A DNA stretch of 64,000 nt from Squalus acanthias (taxonomy: Eukaryota). This document shows positions 12,901 to 25,801 of this stretch, one piece after another (the stretch's first letter is position 1; each line of letters starts with the position of its first letter). The DNA lies in contig CM059431.1 in the NCBI GenBank assembly GCA_030390025.1, forward strand, positions 132,000,001-132,064,000, read 5' to 3'. The translations under genes and the position numbers were made by a program. A model generated the notes under the pieces. That model made no database searches, was not told where the DNA came from, and was given only the letters and a program-made list of their open reading frames with translations.

Positions 12901-15900
12901 TGATCCCTGGTCTCGTCTCTAGTCTGATCCATGGTCTCGTCTCTAGTCTGATCCCTGGTCTCGTCTCTAGTCTGATCCATGGTCTCGTCTCTAGTCTGAT
13001 CCATGGTCTTGTATCTAGTCTGATCCATGGTCTTGTATCTAGTCTGATCCATGGTCTTGTATCTAGTCTGATCCCTGGTCTTTTATCTAGTCTGATCCAT
13101 GGTCTCGTCTCTAGTCTGATCCATGGTCTTGTATCTAGTCTGATCCATGGTCTTGTATCTAGTCTGATCCATGGTCTTGTATCTAGTCTGATCCATGGTC
13201 TCGTCTCCAGTCTGATCCCTGGTCTCGTCTCCAGTCTGATCCATGGTCTTGTATCTAGTCTGATCCATGGTCTCGTATCTAGTCTGATCCCTGGTCTCGT
13301 ATCTAGTCTGATCCCTGGTCTCGTATTTAGTCTGATCCATGGTCTCGTATCTAGTCTGATCCCTGGTCTCGTCTCTAGTCTGATCCCTGGTCTCGTCTCT
13401 AGTCTGATCCCTGGTCTCGTATTTAGTCTGATCCCTGGTCTCGTATCTAGTCTGATCCCTGGTCTCGTCTCTAGTCTGATCCCTGGTCTCGTCTCTAGTC
13501 TGATCCATCGTCTTGTATCTAGTCTGATCCCTGGTCTCGTCTCTAGTCTGATCCCTGGTCTTGTATCTAGTCTGATCCCTGGTCTTGTATCTAGTCTGAT
13601 CCATGGTCTCGTATTTAGTCTGATCCATGGTCTCGTCTCCAGTCTGATCCATGGTCTCGTCTCTAGTCTGATCCATAGTCTTGTATCTAGTCTGATCCCT
13701 GGTCTCGTATCTAGTCTGATCCCTGGTCTCGTATCTAGTCTGATCCATCGTCTTGTATCTAGTCTGATCCCTGGTCTCGTCTCTAGTCTGATCCCTGGTC
13801 TTGTATCTAGTCTGATCCCTGGTCTTGTATCTAGTCTGATCCCTGGTCTCATATTTAGTCTGATCCATGGTCTCGTCTCTAGTCTGATCCATGGTCTCGT
13901 ATCTAGTCTGATCCCTGGTCTCGTATTTAGTCTGATCCCTGGTCTCGTATCTAGTCTGATCCCTGGTCTCGTCTCTAGTCTGATCCATGGTCTCGTATCT
14001 AGTCTGATCCCTGGTCTCGTATTTAGTCTGATCCCTGGTCTCGTATCTAGTCTGATCCCTGGTCTCGTCTCTAGTCTGATCCCTGGTCTCGTATCTAGTC
14101 TGATCCCTGGTCTCGTATTTAGTCTGATCCATGGTCTCGTCTCTAGTCTGATCCCTGGTCTCGTATTTAGTCTGATCCATCGTCTCGTCTCTAGTCTGAT
14201 CCATGGTCTCGTATTTAGTCTGATCCATGGTCTCGTCTCTAGTCTGATCCCTGGTCTCGTATTTAGTCTGATCCATGGTCTCGTCTCTAGTCTGATCCAT
14301 GGTCTCGTATCTAGTCTGATCCATGGTCTCGTATTTAGTCTGATCCATGGTCTCGTATCTAGTCTGATCCATGGTCTCGTATTTAGTCTGATCCATGGTC
14401 TCGTCTCTAGTCTAATCCCTGGTCTCGTCTCTAGTCTGATCCATGGTCTCGTCTCTAGTCTGATCCATGGTCTCGTATCTAGTCTGATCCCTGGTCTCAT
14501 CTCTAGTCTGATCCCTGGTCTTGTATCTAGTCTGATCCCTGGTCTCGTATCTAGTCTGATCCCTGGTCTTGTATCTAGTCTGATCCCTGGTCTTGTATCT
14601 AGTCTGATCCCTGGTCTCGTCTCTAGTCTGATCCATGGTCTAGTATCTAGTCTGATCCCTGGTCTCGTCTCTAGTCTGATCCATGGTCTCGTATCTAGTC
14701 TGATCCCTGGTCTCGTCTCTAGTCTGATCCATCGTCTTGTATCTAGTCTGATCCCTGGTCTCGTATCTAGTCTGATCCATGGTCTCGTCTCTAGTCTGAT
14801 CCATGGTCTCGTCTCTAGTCTGATCCATAGTCTTGTATCTAGTCTGATCCCTGGTCTCGTATCTAGTCTGATCCATGGTCTTGCCTCTAGTCTGATCCAT
14901 GGTCTCGTATCTAGTCTGATCCATGGTCTTGTATCTAGTCTGATCCATGGTCTTGTATCTAGTCTGATCCATGGTCTTGTATCTAGTCTGATCCATGGTC
15001 TCGTATCTAGTCTGATCCCTGGTCTCGTCTCTAGTCTGATCCCTGGTCTCGTATCTAGTCTGATCCCTGGTCTCGTATCTAATCTGATCCCTGGTCTCGT
15101 ATCTAATCTGATCCATGGTCTCGTATCTAGTCTGATCCATGGTCTTGTATCTAGTCTGATCCATGGTCTCGTATCTAGTCTGATCCCTGGTCTCGTCTCT
15201 AGTCTGATCCCTGGTCTCGTATCTAGTCTGATCCCTGGTCTCGTATCTAATCTGATCCATGGTCTCGTCTCTAGTCTGATCCCTGGTCTCGTATCTTGTC
15301 TGATCCATGGTCTCGTATCTAGTCTGATCCATCGTCTTGTATCTAGTCTGATCCATCGTCTTGTATCTAGTCTGATCCCTGGTCTCGTATCTTGTCTGAT
15401 CCATGGTCTTGTATCTAGTCTGATCCATCGTCTTGTATCTAGTCTGATCCCTGGTCTCGTATCTAGTCTGATCCATGGTCTCGTATCTAGTCTGATCCCT
15501 GGTCTCGTATCTAGTCTGATCCATGGTCTCGTCTCTAGTCTGATCCATCGTCTTGTATCTAGTCTGATCCCTGGTCTCGTCTCTAGTCTGATCCATGGTC
15601 TCGTCTCTAGTCTGATCCCTGGTCTCGTCTCTAGTCTGATCCATGGTCTCGTCTCTAGTCTGATCCCTGGTCTCGTCTCTAGTCTGATCCATGGTCTCGT
15701 CTCTAGTCTGATCCATGGTCTTGTATCTAGTCTGATCCATGGTCTTGTATCTAGTCTGATCCATGGTCTTGTATCTAGTCTGATCCCTGGTCTTGTATCT
15801 AGTCTGATCCCTGGTCTCGTATCTAGTCTGATCCATGGTCTCGTCTCCAGTCTGATCCCTGGTCTCGTCTCCAGTCTGATCCCTGGTCTCGTATCTAGTC

Positions 15901-18900
15901 TGATCCATGGTCTTGTATCTAGTCTGATCCATGGTCTTGTATCTAGTCTGATCCCTGGTCTCGTATCTAGTCTGATCCCTGGTCTCGTATTTAGTCTGAT
16001 CCCTGGTCTCGTATCTAGTCTGATCCCTGGTCTCGTCTCTAGTCTGATCCCTGGTCTCGTATTTAGTCTGATCCCTGGTCTCATCTCTAGTCTGATCCCT
16101 GGTCTTGTATCTAGTCTGATCCCTGGTCTCGTATCTAGTCTGATCCATCGTCTTGTATCTAGTCTGATCCCTGGTCTCGTCTCTAGTCTGATCCATGGTC
16201 TCGTCTCTAGTCTGATCCATGGTCTCGTCTCCAGTCTGATCCATGGTCTCGTCTCTAGTCTGATCCATAGTCTTGTATCTAGTCTGATCCCTGGTCTCGT
16301 ATCTAGTCTGATCCCTGGTCTCGTATCTAGTCTGATCCATAGTCTTGTATCTAGTCTGATCCCTGGTCTTGTATCTAGTCTGATCCCTGGTCTCGTATTT
16401 AGTCTGATCCATCGTCTTGTATCTAGTCTGATCCCTGGTCTCGTATTTAGTCTGATCCATCGTCTTGTATCTAGTCTGATCCCTGGTCTCGTCTCTAGTC
16501 TGATCCCTGGTCTTGTATCTAGTCTGATCCCTGGTCTCGTATCTAGTCTGATCCATGGTCTCATCTCTAGTCTGATCCCTGGTCTTGTATCTAGTCTGAT
16601 CCCTGGTCTCGTATCTAGTCTGATCCCTGGTCTCGTATCTAGTCTGATCCCTGGTCTCGTATCTAGTCTGATCCCTGGTCTCGTATCTAGTCTGATCCCT
16701 GGTCTCGTATCTAGTCTGATCCCTGGTCTCGTATCTAGTCTGATCCCTGGTCTCGTATTTAGTCTGATCCCTGGTCTCGTATCTAGTCTGATCCCTGGTC
16801 TCGTATTTAGTCTGATCCCTGGTCTCGTATTTAGTCTGATCCATGGTCTCGTATCTAGTCTGATCCCTGGTCTCGTATCTAGTCTGATCCCTGGTCTCGT
16901 ATCTAGTCTGATCCCTGGTCTCGTATCTAGTCTGATCCCTGGTCTCGTCTCTAGTCTGATCCATGGTCTCGTATCTAGTCTGATCCCTGGTCTCGTATCT
17001 AGTCTGATCCATGGTCTTGTATCTAGTCTGATCCCTGGTCTCGTATCTAGTCTGATCCATGGTCTCGTATCTAGTCTGATCCCTGGTCTCGTCTCTAGTC
17101 TGATCCATGGTCTCGTATCTAGTCTGATCCATGGTCTCGTATCTAGTCTGATCCATGGTCTCGTCTCTAGTCTGATCCCTGGTCTCGTATTTAGTCTGAT
17201 CCCTGGTCTCGTCTCTAGTCTGATCCATGGTCTCGTATTTAGTCTGATCCATGGTCTCGTCTCTAGTCTGATCCCTGGTCTCGTATTTAGTCTGATCCAT
17301 GGTCTCGTATTTAGTCTGATCCATGGTCTCGTATCTAGTCTGATCCATGGTCTCGTATCTAGTCTGATCCCTGGTCTCGTATCTAGTCTGATCCATGGTC
17401 TCGTATCTAGTCTGATCCATGGTCTCGTATCTAGTCTGATCCCTGGTCTCATATCTAGTCTGATCCCTGGTCTCATATCTAGTCTGATCCATGGTCTCGT
17501 ATCTAGTCTGATCCCTGGTCTCATATCTAGTCTGATCCCTGGTCTCGTATCTAGTCTGATCCATGGTCTCGTATTTAGTCTGATCCATGGTCTCGTCTCT
17601 AGTCTAATCCCTGGTCTCGTCTCTAGTCTGATCCATGGTCTCGTCTCTAGTCTGATCCATGGTCTCGTATCTAGTCTGATCCCTGGTCTCGTCTCTAGTC
17701 TGATCCCTGGTCTTGTATCTAGTCTGATCCCTGGTCTCGTATCTAGTCTGATCCCTGGTCTTGTATCTAGTCTGATCCCTGGTCTTGTATCTAGTCTGAT
17801 CCCTGGTCTCGTCTCTAGTCTGATCCATGGTCTAGTATCTAGTCTGATCCCTGGTCTCGTCTCTAGTCTGATCCATGGTCTCGTATCTAGTCTGATCCCT
17901 GGTCTCGTCTCTAGTCTGATCCATCGTCTTGTATCTAGTCTGATCCCTGGTCTCGTATCTAGTCTGATCCATGGTCTCGTCTCTAGTCTGAGCCATGGTC
18001 TCGTCTCTAGTCTGATCCATGGTCTCGTATCTAGTCTGATCCCTGGTCTCGTCTCTAGTCTGATCCATCGTCTTGTATCTAGTCTGATCCCTGGTCTCGT
18101 ATCTAGTCTGATCCCTGGTCTCGTCTCTAGTCTGATCCATGGTCTCGTATCTAGTCTGATCCATGGTCTCGTCTCTAGTCTGATCCCTGGTCTTGTATCT
18201 AGTCTAATCCCTGGTCTCGTCTCTAGTCTGATCCATGGTCTTGTATCTAGTCTGATCCCTGGTCTCGTATCTAGTCTGATCCATGGTCTTGTATCTAGTC
18301 TGATCCCTGGTCTTGTATCTAGTCTGATCCCTGGTCTCGTATCTAGTCTGATCCATGGTCTTGTATCTAGTCTGATCCCTGGTCTCGTATCTAGTCTGAT
18401 CCATGGTCTTGTATCTAGTCTGATCCATGGTCTTGTATCTAGTCTGATCCATGGTCTCGTCTCTAGTCTGATCCCTGGTCTCGTATGTAGTCTGATCCCT
18501 GGTCTCGTATCTAGTCTGATCCCTGGTCTCATCTCTAGTCTGATCCCTGGTCTCGTATCTAGTCTGATCCATGGTCTCATCTCTAGTCTGATCCATGGTC
18601 TCGTATGTAGTCTGATCCATGGTCTCGTCTCTAGTCTGATCCATGGTCTTGTATCTAGTCTGATCCCTGGTCTCGTATCTAGTCTGATCCCTGGTCTCGT
18701 ATCTAGTCTGATCCCTGGTCTCATCTCTAGTCTGATCTCTGGTCTCGTATCTAGTCTGATCCATGGTCTCGTCTCTAGTCTGATCCATGGTCTCGTCTCT
18801 AGTCTGATCCATGGTCTTGTATCTAGTCTGATCCATGGTCTTGTATCTAGTCTGATCCCTGGTCTCGTATCTAGTCTGATCCCTGGTCTTGTATCTAGTC

Positions 18901-20492
18901 TGATCCATCGTCTTGTATCTAGTCTGATCCATAGTCTTGTATCTAGTCTGATCCCTGGTCTCGTATCTAGTCTGATCCATGGTCTTGTATCTAGTCTGAT
19001 CCCTGGTCTCGTATCTAGTCTGATCCATGGTCTTGTATCTAGTCTGATCCCTGGTCTCGTATCTAGTCTGATCCATGGTCTCGTATCTAGTCTGATCCCT
19101 GCTCTCTTATCTAGTCTGATCCATGGTCTCGTCTCTAGTCTGATCCCTGGTCTTGTATCTAGTCTAATCCCTGGTCTCGTCTCTAGTCTGATCCATGGTC
19201 TTGTATCTAGTCTGATCCCTGGTCTCGTATCTAGTCTGATCCATGGTCTTGTATCTAGTCTGATCCCTGGTCTTGTATCTAGTCTGATCCCTGGTCTCGT
19301 ATCTAGTCTGATCCATGGTCTTGTATCTAGTCTGATCCCTGGTCTCGTATCTAGTCTGATCCATGGTCTCGTCTCTAGTCTGATCCCTGGTCTCGTATGT
19401 AGTCTGATCCCTGGTCTCGTATCTAGTCTGATCCCTGGTCTCATCTCTAGTCTGATCCCTGGTCTCGTATCTAGTCTGATCCATGGTCTCATCTCTAGTC
19501 TGATCCATGGTCTCGTATGTAGTCTGATCCTTGGTCTCGTATGTAGTCTGATCCCTGGTCTCGTATCTAGTCTGATCCCTGGTCTCGTATCTAGTCTGAT
19601 CCCTGGTCTCATCTCTAGTCTGATCCCTGGTCTCGTATCTAGTCTGATCCATGGTCTCGTCTCTAGTCTGATCCCTGGTCTCATCTCTAGTCTGATCCAT
19701 GGTCTCGTATTTAGTCTGATCCATGGTCTTGTATCTAGTCTGATCCCTGGTCTCGTATCTAGTCTGATCCATGGTCTTGTATCTAGTCTGATCCCTGGTC
19801 TCGTATCTAGTCTGATCCCTGGTCTTGTATCTAGTCTGATCCATCGTCTTGTATCTAGTCTGATCCATAGTCTTGTATCTAGTCTGATCCCTGGTCTCGT
19901 ATCTAGTCTGATCCATGGTCTTGTATCTAGTCTGATCCCTGGTCTCGTATCTAGTCTGATCCATGGTCTTGTATCTAGTCTGATCCCTGGTCTCGTATCT
20001 AGTCTGATCCATGATCTTGTATCTAGTCTGATCCCTGGTCTCGTATCTAGTCTGATCCATGGTCTCGTATCTAGTCTGATCCCTGCTCTCTTATCTAGTC
20101 TGATCCATGGTCTCGTCTCTAGTCTGATCCATGGTCTCGTATCTAGTCTGATCCCTGGTCTCGTCTCTAGTCCGATCCATGGTCTTGTATCTAGTCTGAT
20201 CCATGGTCTCGTATCTAGTCTGATCCATGGTCTCATCTCTAGTCTGATCCATGGTCTTGTATCTAGTCTGATCCCTGGTCTTGTATCTAGTCTGATCCAT
20301 GGTCTCGTCTCTAGTCTGATCCCTGGTCTTGTATCTAGTCTGATCCATGGTCTCGTCTCTAGTCTGATCCCTGGTCTCGTATCTAGTCTGATCCATGGTC
20401 TCGTCTCTAGTCTGATCCATGGTCTCGTATCTAGTCTGATCCATGGTCTCTTATCTAGTCTGATCCATGGTCTGATATCTAGTCTGATCCAT
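9917..20492. repeat. 24-bp minisatellite, about 440 units, consensus (A/C)TCTAGTCTGATCC(C/A)TGGTCT(C/T)GT
   Basis: Directly visible; constant 24-bp phase through 10.6 kb; degenerate units at both edges. Confidence 0.99.
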
Positions 20493-21867
20493 AAGCTAGC
20501 ATCCAGTCTTGCTCATGGGCTCTTGATCAGAGGAGGTCCAATGGTTTAAATATCTGCTGAGTCCACCATGAGTTAGCTACTTGAACTTGAATTATATCTT
20601 TCCTGCCCTTAGAGAGCAATCTCATCACTGAAATGTATTAAAAACTTAGAACTGATCAAAACAACACCTGTGAACCTAATGGAGTATAAAACTCATCTCT
20701 CAGAGTGGAACCATGTTTAATAATCTTTCCTAACAGACATTGAAAGTCCTTCTTCCCAGAGTGATTTTCCCTTTTTAATATCAGTAATTGATTCACAGGC
20801 TTTCCATTCCAGTTTGTAACTAATCTTATTGGTTTGCAAATGGGCTGGACCCTTTACATGTACAGCAGCAGGGATTAAAGTTAGCAGACTGATGAAAGGA
20901 CTTTATATAGCGAGAGAGGCTGTGATGGAGTGTATTCTGACTAATGTCACTCAGTATTGAGAATGGCTGCTTTAAATATTATTTGTTTCAGTGCAAAAAA
21001 AATAGAAACTTGCATGACAGTTAGTGCGTAACAGTGTAAGAAATAAATTATTAATGTTTGCTCACAAATATGGTAATGATTCATGGAATCAGTCCTTTAG
21101 TAATGATGTAATGTACATCAGAACAAAAAGTAAAACTGACTGCAAAAAATCAAAACCAATAGTCCACACCTTTCCATTGTTTATTGCTTTTACTCAGACT
21201 ATATGCATACGTTAATGTTATATATATATTATATAGTATATATTTGGATATAATTTATATATTTTATATACAAATGTAATGGTGTGCAGTACCGAAATGA
21301 AACAAGGAAAATCGAGGAAGAGAAGCAGAAGGGTGGAGACAGAGAGGGCCACTGTAACATAATACAAGAGACAGTTGAGAGAGACCATATTCTTTGACTT
21401 ACTTTGTGCAACATCATATTATACCGTGGTCATGTAAATGCAGCACACGTTTGACTTTATTTCTTGTAAGAAAAAAGAACACTCATCACAATTTTTGGAG
21501 GGGGGATTTTAGTGAAAAAATGAAGTCATTGGCATATTAGTGTTTTTGGACAAACTCATGTCCTGGAACAGTTGGTTCTGAAAATTCTGCTGCAGTGATA
21601 CCACTCTGGTCACCAGGGAAATTTCACACCCCAGAGCACATGATATATCGGCAAGCTTTAACTCTGTGCTTTTCTTTGTACTCTTTAGTCGATTTTGTTA
21701 AAACTGATGCGCTACTAATAAATTTGTGATGGCTGATATGATTGGTGACATGATCGTGTAACTAAATCGATTTGGTCATTATGTCCCTTGCCATGTTGTG
21801 CATGAATGTAAAAAATGTATGGCAACATTGGCTCTTTAACAGCAATAAATCAGTCAACATGATAGTT

Positions 21868-24506
21868 TAACAGCGGCAGAAAGGCAGTTCGAGGGGGATC
21901 TGCCGTCTGAGGTAATATGGGCTGAAGTTAGAAATAGGAAAGGAGCGGTCACGTTGTTAGGAGTTTTCTACAGGCCCCCAAATAGTAATAAAGATGTGGA
22001 GGAAGAAATTGCAAAGCAGATTATGAATAGGTGTGGAGGTCACAGAGTAGTTGTCATGGGTGACTTCAACTTTCCAAATATTGATTGGAACCTTTATAGG
22101 TCAAACAGTTCGGATGGGATAGTTTTTGCACAGTGTGTGCAGGAGGGTTTCCTGACACAATATGTGGATAGGCCGACAAGAGGTGGGGCCACGTTGGATT
22201 TGGTACTGGGTAATGAACCGGGCCAAGTGTTTGATTTGTATGTGGGAGAGCACTTTGGAGATAGTGACCACAATTCGGTAACTTTCACTATTGCAATGGA
22301 GAGGGATAGGGCCATACGGCAGGGCAGGGTTTATAATTGGGGGAGGGGTAATTATGATGCGATTAGGCAAGAATTAGGGAGTATAAGATGGGAACAGAAA
22401 CTATCAGGGAAAGGCACAAACGAAAAGTGGAGCTTTTTCATGGAGCAATTACTGCGTGTCCTTGATAGGTATGTCCCTGTCAGGCAGGGAGGAAATGGCC
22501 GAGTGAGAGAACCATGGTTCACAAAAGAGGTTGAATGTCTAGTCAAGAGGAAAAAGGAAGCGTATGTAAGGATGAGAAAACAAGGTTCAGTTGGGTCGAT
22601 TGAGGGGTACAAGGTAGCAAGGAATGAGCTAAAAAAAGAGCTTAGGAGAGCTAGGAGGGGGCATGAGAAGTCCTTGGCGGGTCGGATCAAGAAAAACCCC
22701 AAGGCTTTTACTCTTATGTGAGAAATAAAAGAATGACCAGGGTGAGGGTAGGGCCGGTCAAGGACAGTAGTGGGAACTTGTGCATGGAGTCAGAAGAGAT
22801 AGGAGAGGTGATGAATGAATACTTTTTGTCAGTGTTCACCGAGGAGAGGGGCCATGTTCTTGAGGATGAGAGTGTGATAAAGGTGGATAGGCTGGAGGTG
22901 GTAGATGTTCTGAGGGAAGATGTTTTAGCAATTTTGAAGAACCTGAGGGTCGATAAGTCCCCTGGGCCAGATGGGATATATCCTAGGATTCTTTGGGAGG
23001 CAAGGGAGGAGATTGCAGGGCCTCTGGCTTTGATCTTTGGGTCCTCACTGTCCACGGGGATGGTGCCAGAGGACTGGAGAGTGGCGAATGTTGTTCCTCT
23101 CTTCAAGAAAGGAAATAGGAATGACCCTGGTAATTATAGGCCGGTTAGTCTTACTTCGGTGGTTGGTAAGATAATGGAAAAGGTCCTGAGGGATAGGATT
23201 TATGACCATTTGGAAAGGGGCAACTTAATCAGGGATAGTCAACACGGATTCGTGAAGGGTAAGTCTTGCCTAACAAATTTGATTGAATTCTTTGAGGAGG
23301 TAACTAAGTGTGTAGATGAAGGTAGAGCAGTGGATGTCGTATACATGGATTTTAGTAAGGCGTTTGATAAGGTTCCCCATGGTCGTCTCATGAAGAAAGT
23401 AAGGAGTTGTGGGATAGAGGGAAATTTGGCCGATTGGATAAGTAACTGGCTATCTCATAGAAGGCAGAGGGTGGTGGTGGATGGAACATTTTCGGACTGG
23501 AGACCAGTTACCAGCGGTGTGCCACAGGGGTCGGTGCTGGGTCCTCTGCTGTTTGTGATTTTTATCAATGACTTGGAGGAGGGGACTGAAGGGTGGATCA
23601 GTAAATTTGCTGATGACACCAAGATTGGTGGAGTAGTGGATGAGGTGGAGGGCAGTTGTAGGCTGCAAAGAGACATTGATAGGATGCAGAGCTGGGCCGA
23701 AAAATGGCAGATGGAATTTAACCCTGATAAGTGCGAGGTGATTCATTTTGGTAGGGCAAATTTGAATAAGGATTACAGGGTCAACGGCAGGGTTCTGAGG
23801 AACGTGGAGGAGCAGAGGGATCTGGGGGTTCATATCCACAGATCTCTGAAGGTTGCCACTCAAGTGGATAGAGCAGTAAAGAAGGCCTATGGTGTGTTGG
23901 CGTTTATTAACAGAGGGTTTGAGTTTAAGAACCGTGAGGTTATGCTGCAACTGTACAGGACCTTGGTGAGACCACATTTGGAATATTGTGTGCAGTTCTG
24001 GTCACCTCACTATAGGAAGGACGTGGAAGCATTGGAAAGAGTGCAAAGGAGATTTACCAGGATGCTGCCTGGTTTGGGGAGGTCTTATGAGGAAAGATTG
24101 AGGGAGTTGGGGCTTTTCTCTTTAGAGCGGAGGAGGATGAGAGGCGACTTAATAGAGGTTTATAAGATGATGAGGGAGATAGATAGAGTGGATGTTCAGA
24201 GACTATTTCCTCGGGTAGAGGCAGCTGTTACAAGGGGGCATAACTATAAGGTGCATGGGGGGAGATATAGAAGGGATGTCCGAGGTAGATTCTTTACTCA
24301 GAGAGTGGTTGGGGTGTGGAATGGACTGCCTGCTGTGATAGTGGAGTCGGACACTTTAGGAACTTTCAAGCGGTTATTGGATAAGCACATGGAGCACACC
24401 AGAGTGATAGGGAGTGTGATAGCTTGATCTTGGTCTCGGACAATGCTCGGCACAACATCGAGGGCCGAAGGGCCTGTACTGTGCTGTACTGTTCTATGTA
24501 TCTATG
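21868..24506 (+). mobile_element. CR1/HER1 LINE, 5'-truncated ORF2 (partial APE plus RT) with 3' UTR
   Basis: YRPPN, MGDFN, SDH (APE); KSPGPDG, NYRPVSLTS, GVPQGSVLGP, FADD (RT); frameshift near 22715; TCTATG tail. Confidence 0.95.
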
Positions 24507-25556
24507 ATGCCTAGATGCATTTAAGAAGAAGTGCAAGAAATATATATATGTTACTTATGTGAATAGTGTGGTTTATATTTTTTATTATTGGGAAACCTAA
24601 GTGAAGGGCAGGGCCTTCGACATCACCAAGGTTGACAAAGTAAATAGGAACATCAGGTAAATTAAAAAGTGGTGATTAGGTAACAAGTTTAAACAAATAA
24701 CTAATAAAGCAAACTGAGGAAAAATGATAAGGTATTGCCCAGCTTTGACTAGCAGGAATCACTCTCCCCGTCAAAAGTCCTTCACAAAATCAGGATTTAC
24801 CCCTTTCCTTCTTGATTTCACTATCCAGTTCCAGGATCAGGAGGCCCACTGAAGGAATGCCAGATTGAATAGGGACAGTAGGTGACTTTTGGCCCCTGGC
24901 CACTGGTACTCATGTCTCCCTGTCTGCAGATGCTCAGCAAAGCTGAGAAGTCTGTGCTTTACTCACAAAGCAGTAACTGAATTGTGCCAGCTGGCAGACA
25001 GCTCCAGCCACAGCTCATAAAAGAGATCTTCAGCTGACTAAAATATCTGAGCCCACTGCCAAATGAATCTTGCCATAAGGTCCCATTTTTGCAGTAAACT
25101 CAACTCAGTCACTGGCTGACTCTCCTCCACAATTGCCAAGGCTGCCATTTGGAGATCATTACTCTTCCACACGGACAATTCCTCATCTTGCTCCATGTCA
25201 TTCTTAACATATATCAGTGACAAGAGCATCTTACTGATTATGTCTGTAGAGGGCGCTAATAGCGCGTGGAGGCTGCCATGGATATGTAATGAAGTTGCAT
25301 TGAGGAAAATTGGGTGTGTTTGTGGCAGTACAACACCGATGGGTATAAGAGCAGTTCTACTGCAACCGATGAGGAAAATCCAGCCTGAATATGTACACAT
25401 GTGGGGTGAGGACAGAATCAGGCTCAAAATTGCCCGTTAACATTAAGGGGTGACTTTCCATGAGGGTCTGTGGCATAAATGCTGATCTTGCCATTTTTGC
25501 AGGGTTTTCTTGGCTCTTTCATTGAAGTTAGGGTGAACAAAGAGGTGAACTCCAGT

Positions 25557-25800
25557 GGAAATGCACCCCTAACTGTCTAGGCTCACACATAAAGGATATG
25601 CACTCGAGCTGGAGTGTTTCTGGTGGCATTAGCAAGGTATCAGTGCGTTTAGGAGAGGAGGATGTGAGGCGAGAAAATGAATGGAACGAGGAAGAAGGAA
25701 TTCCTACCAATTACTGAGATCAACGTGCAGTAAGTGAGGATAGAATCTTTGTCTGAGCATTGCCACAGTGTAGCATATTGGTGCCTCAAAATAAACACAT
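25557..25800 (+). repeat. Copy 1 of a ~245-bp diverged direct repeat
   Basis: Aligns with 28608-28852 (for example CTGAGATCAAC.TGCAGTAAGTGAGGATA, TCTTTGTCTGAGCATT.CCACAGTGTAG). Confidence 0.85.
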
Positions 25801-25801
25801 A

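Noticed and set aside
9917..20492. CRISPR array
   Set aside because: Head-to-tail repeats with no unique spacers, no cas genes and a vertebrate context.
9917..20492. Synthetic construct (units contain GGTCTC, CGTCTC and CCATGG restriction sites)
   Set aside because: CpG-decay variants, degenerate natural edges and block-duplication history fit a natural VNTR; the sites are incidental.
9782..20549. 3484-aa and 3376-aa ORFs (and the DQTR-repeat ORFs) as real protein genes
   Set aside because: They are translations of a stop-free 24-bp unit, open on both strands, with start codons arising inside repeat variants and no unique domain or splice context.
22094..23977. Antisense ORFs over CR1 copies
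   Set aside because: Common shadow frames of CR1 ORF2; no independent evidence.
21954..24427. Active full-length LINEs (also 46209-48230 and 61143-63879)
   Set aside because: All are 5'-truncated, lack ORF1 and carry frameshifts or stops.
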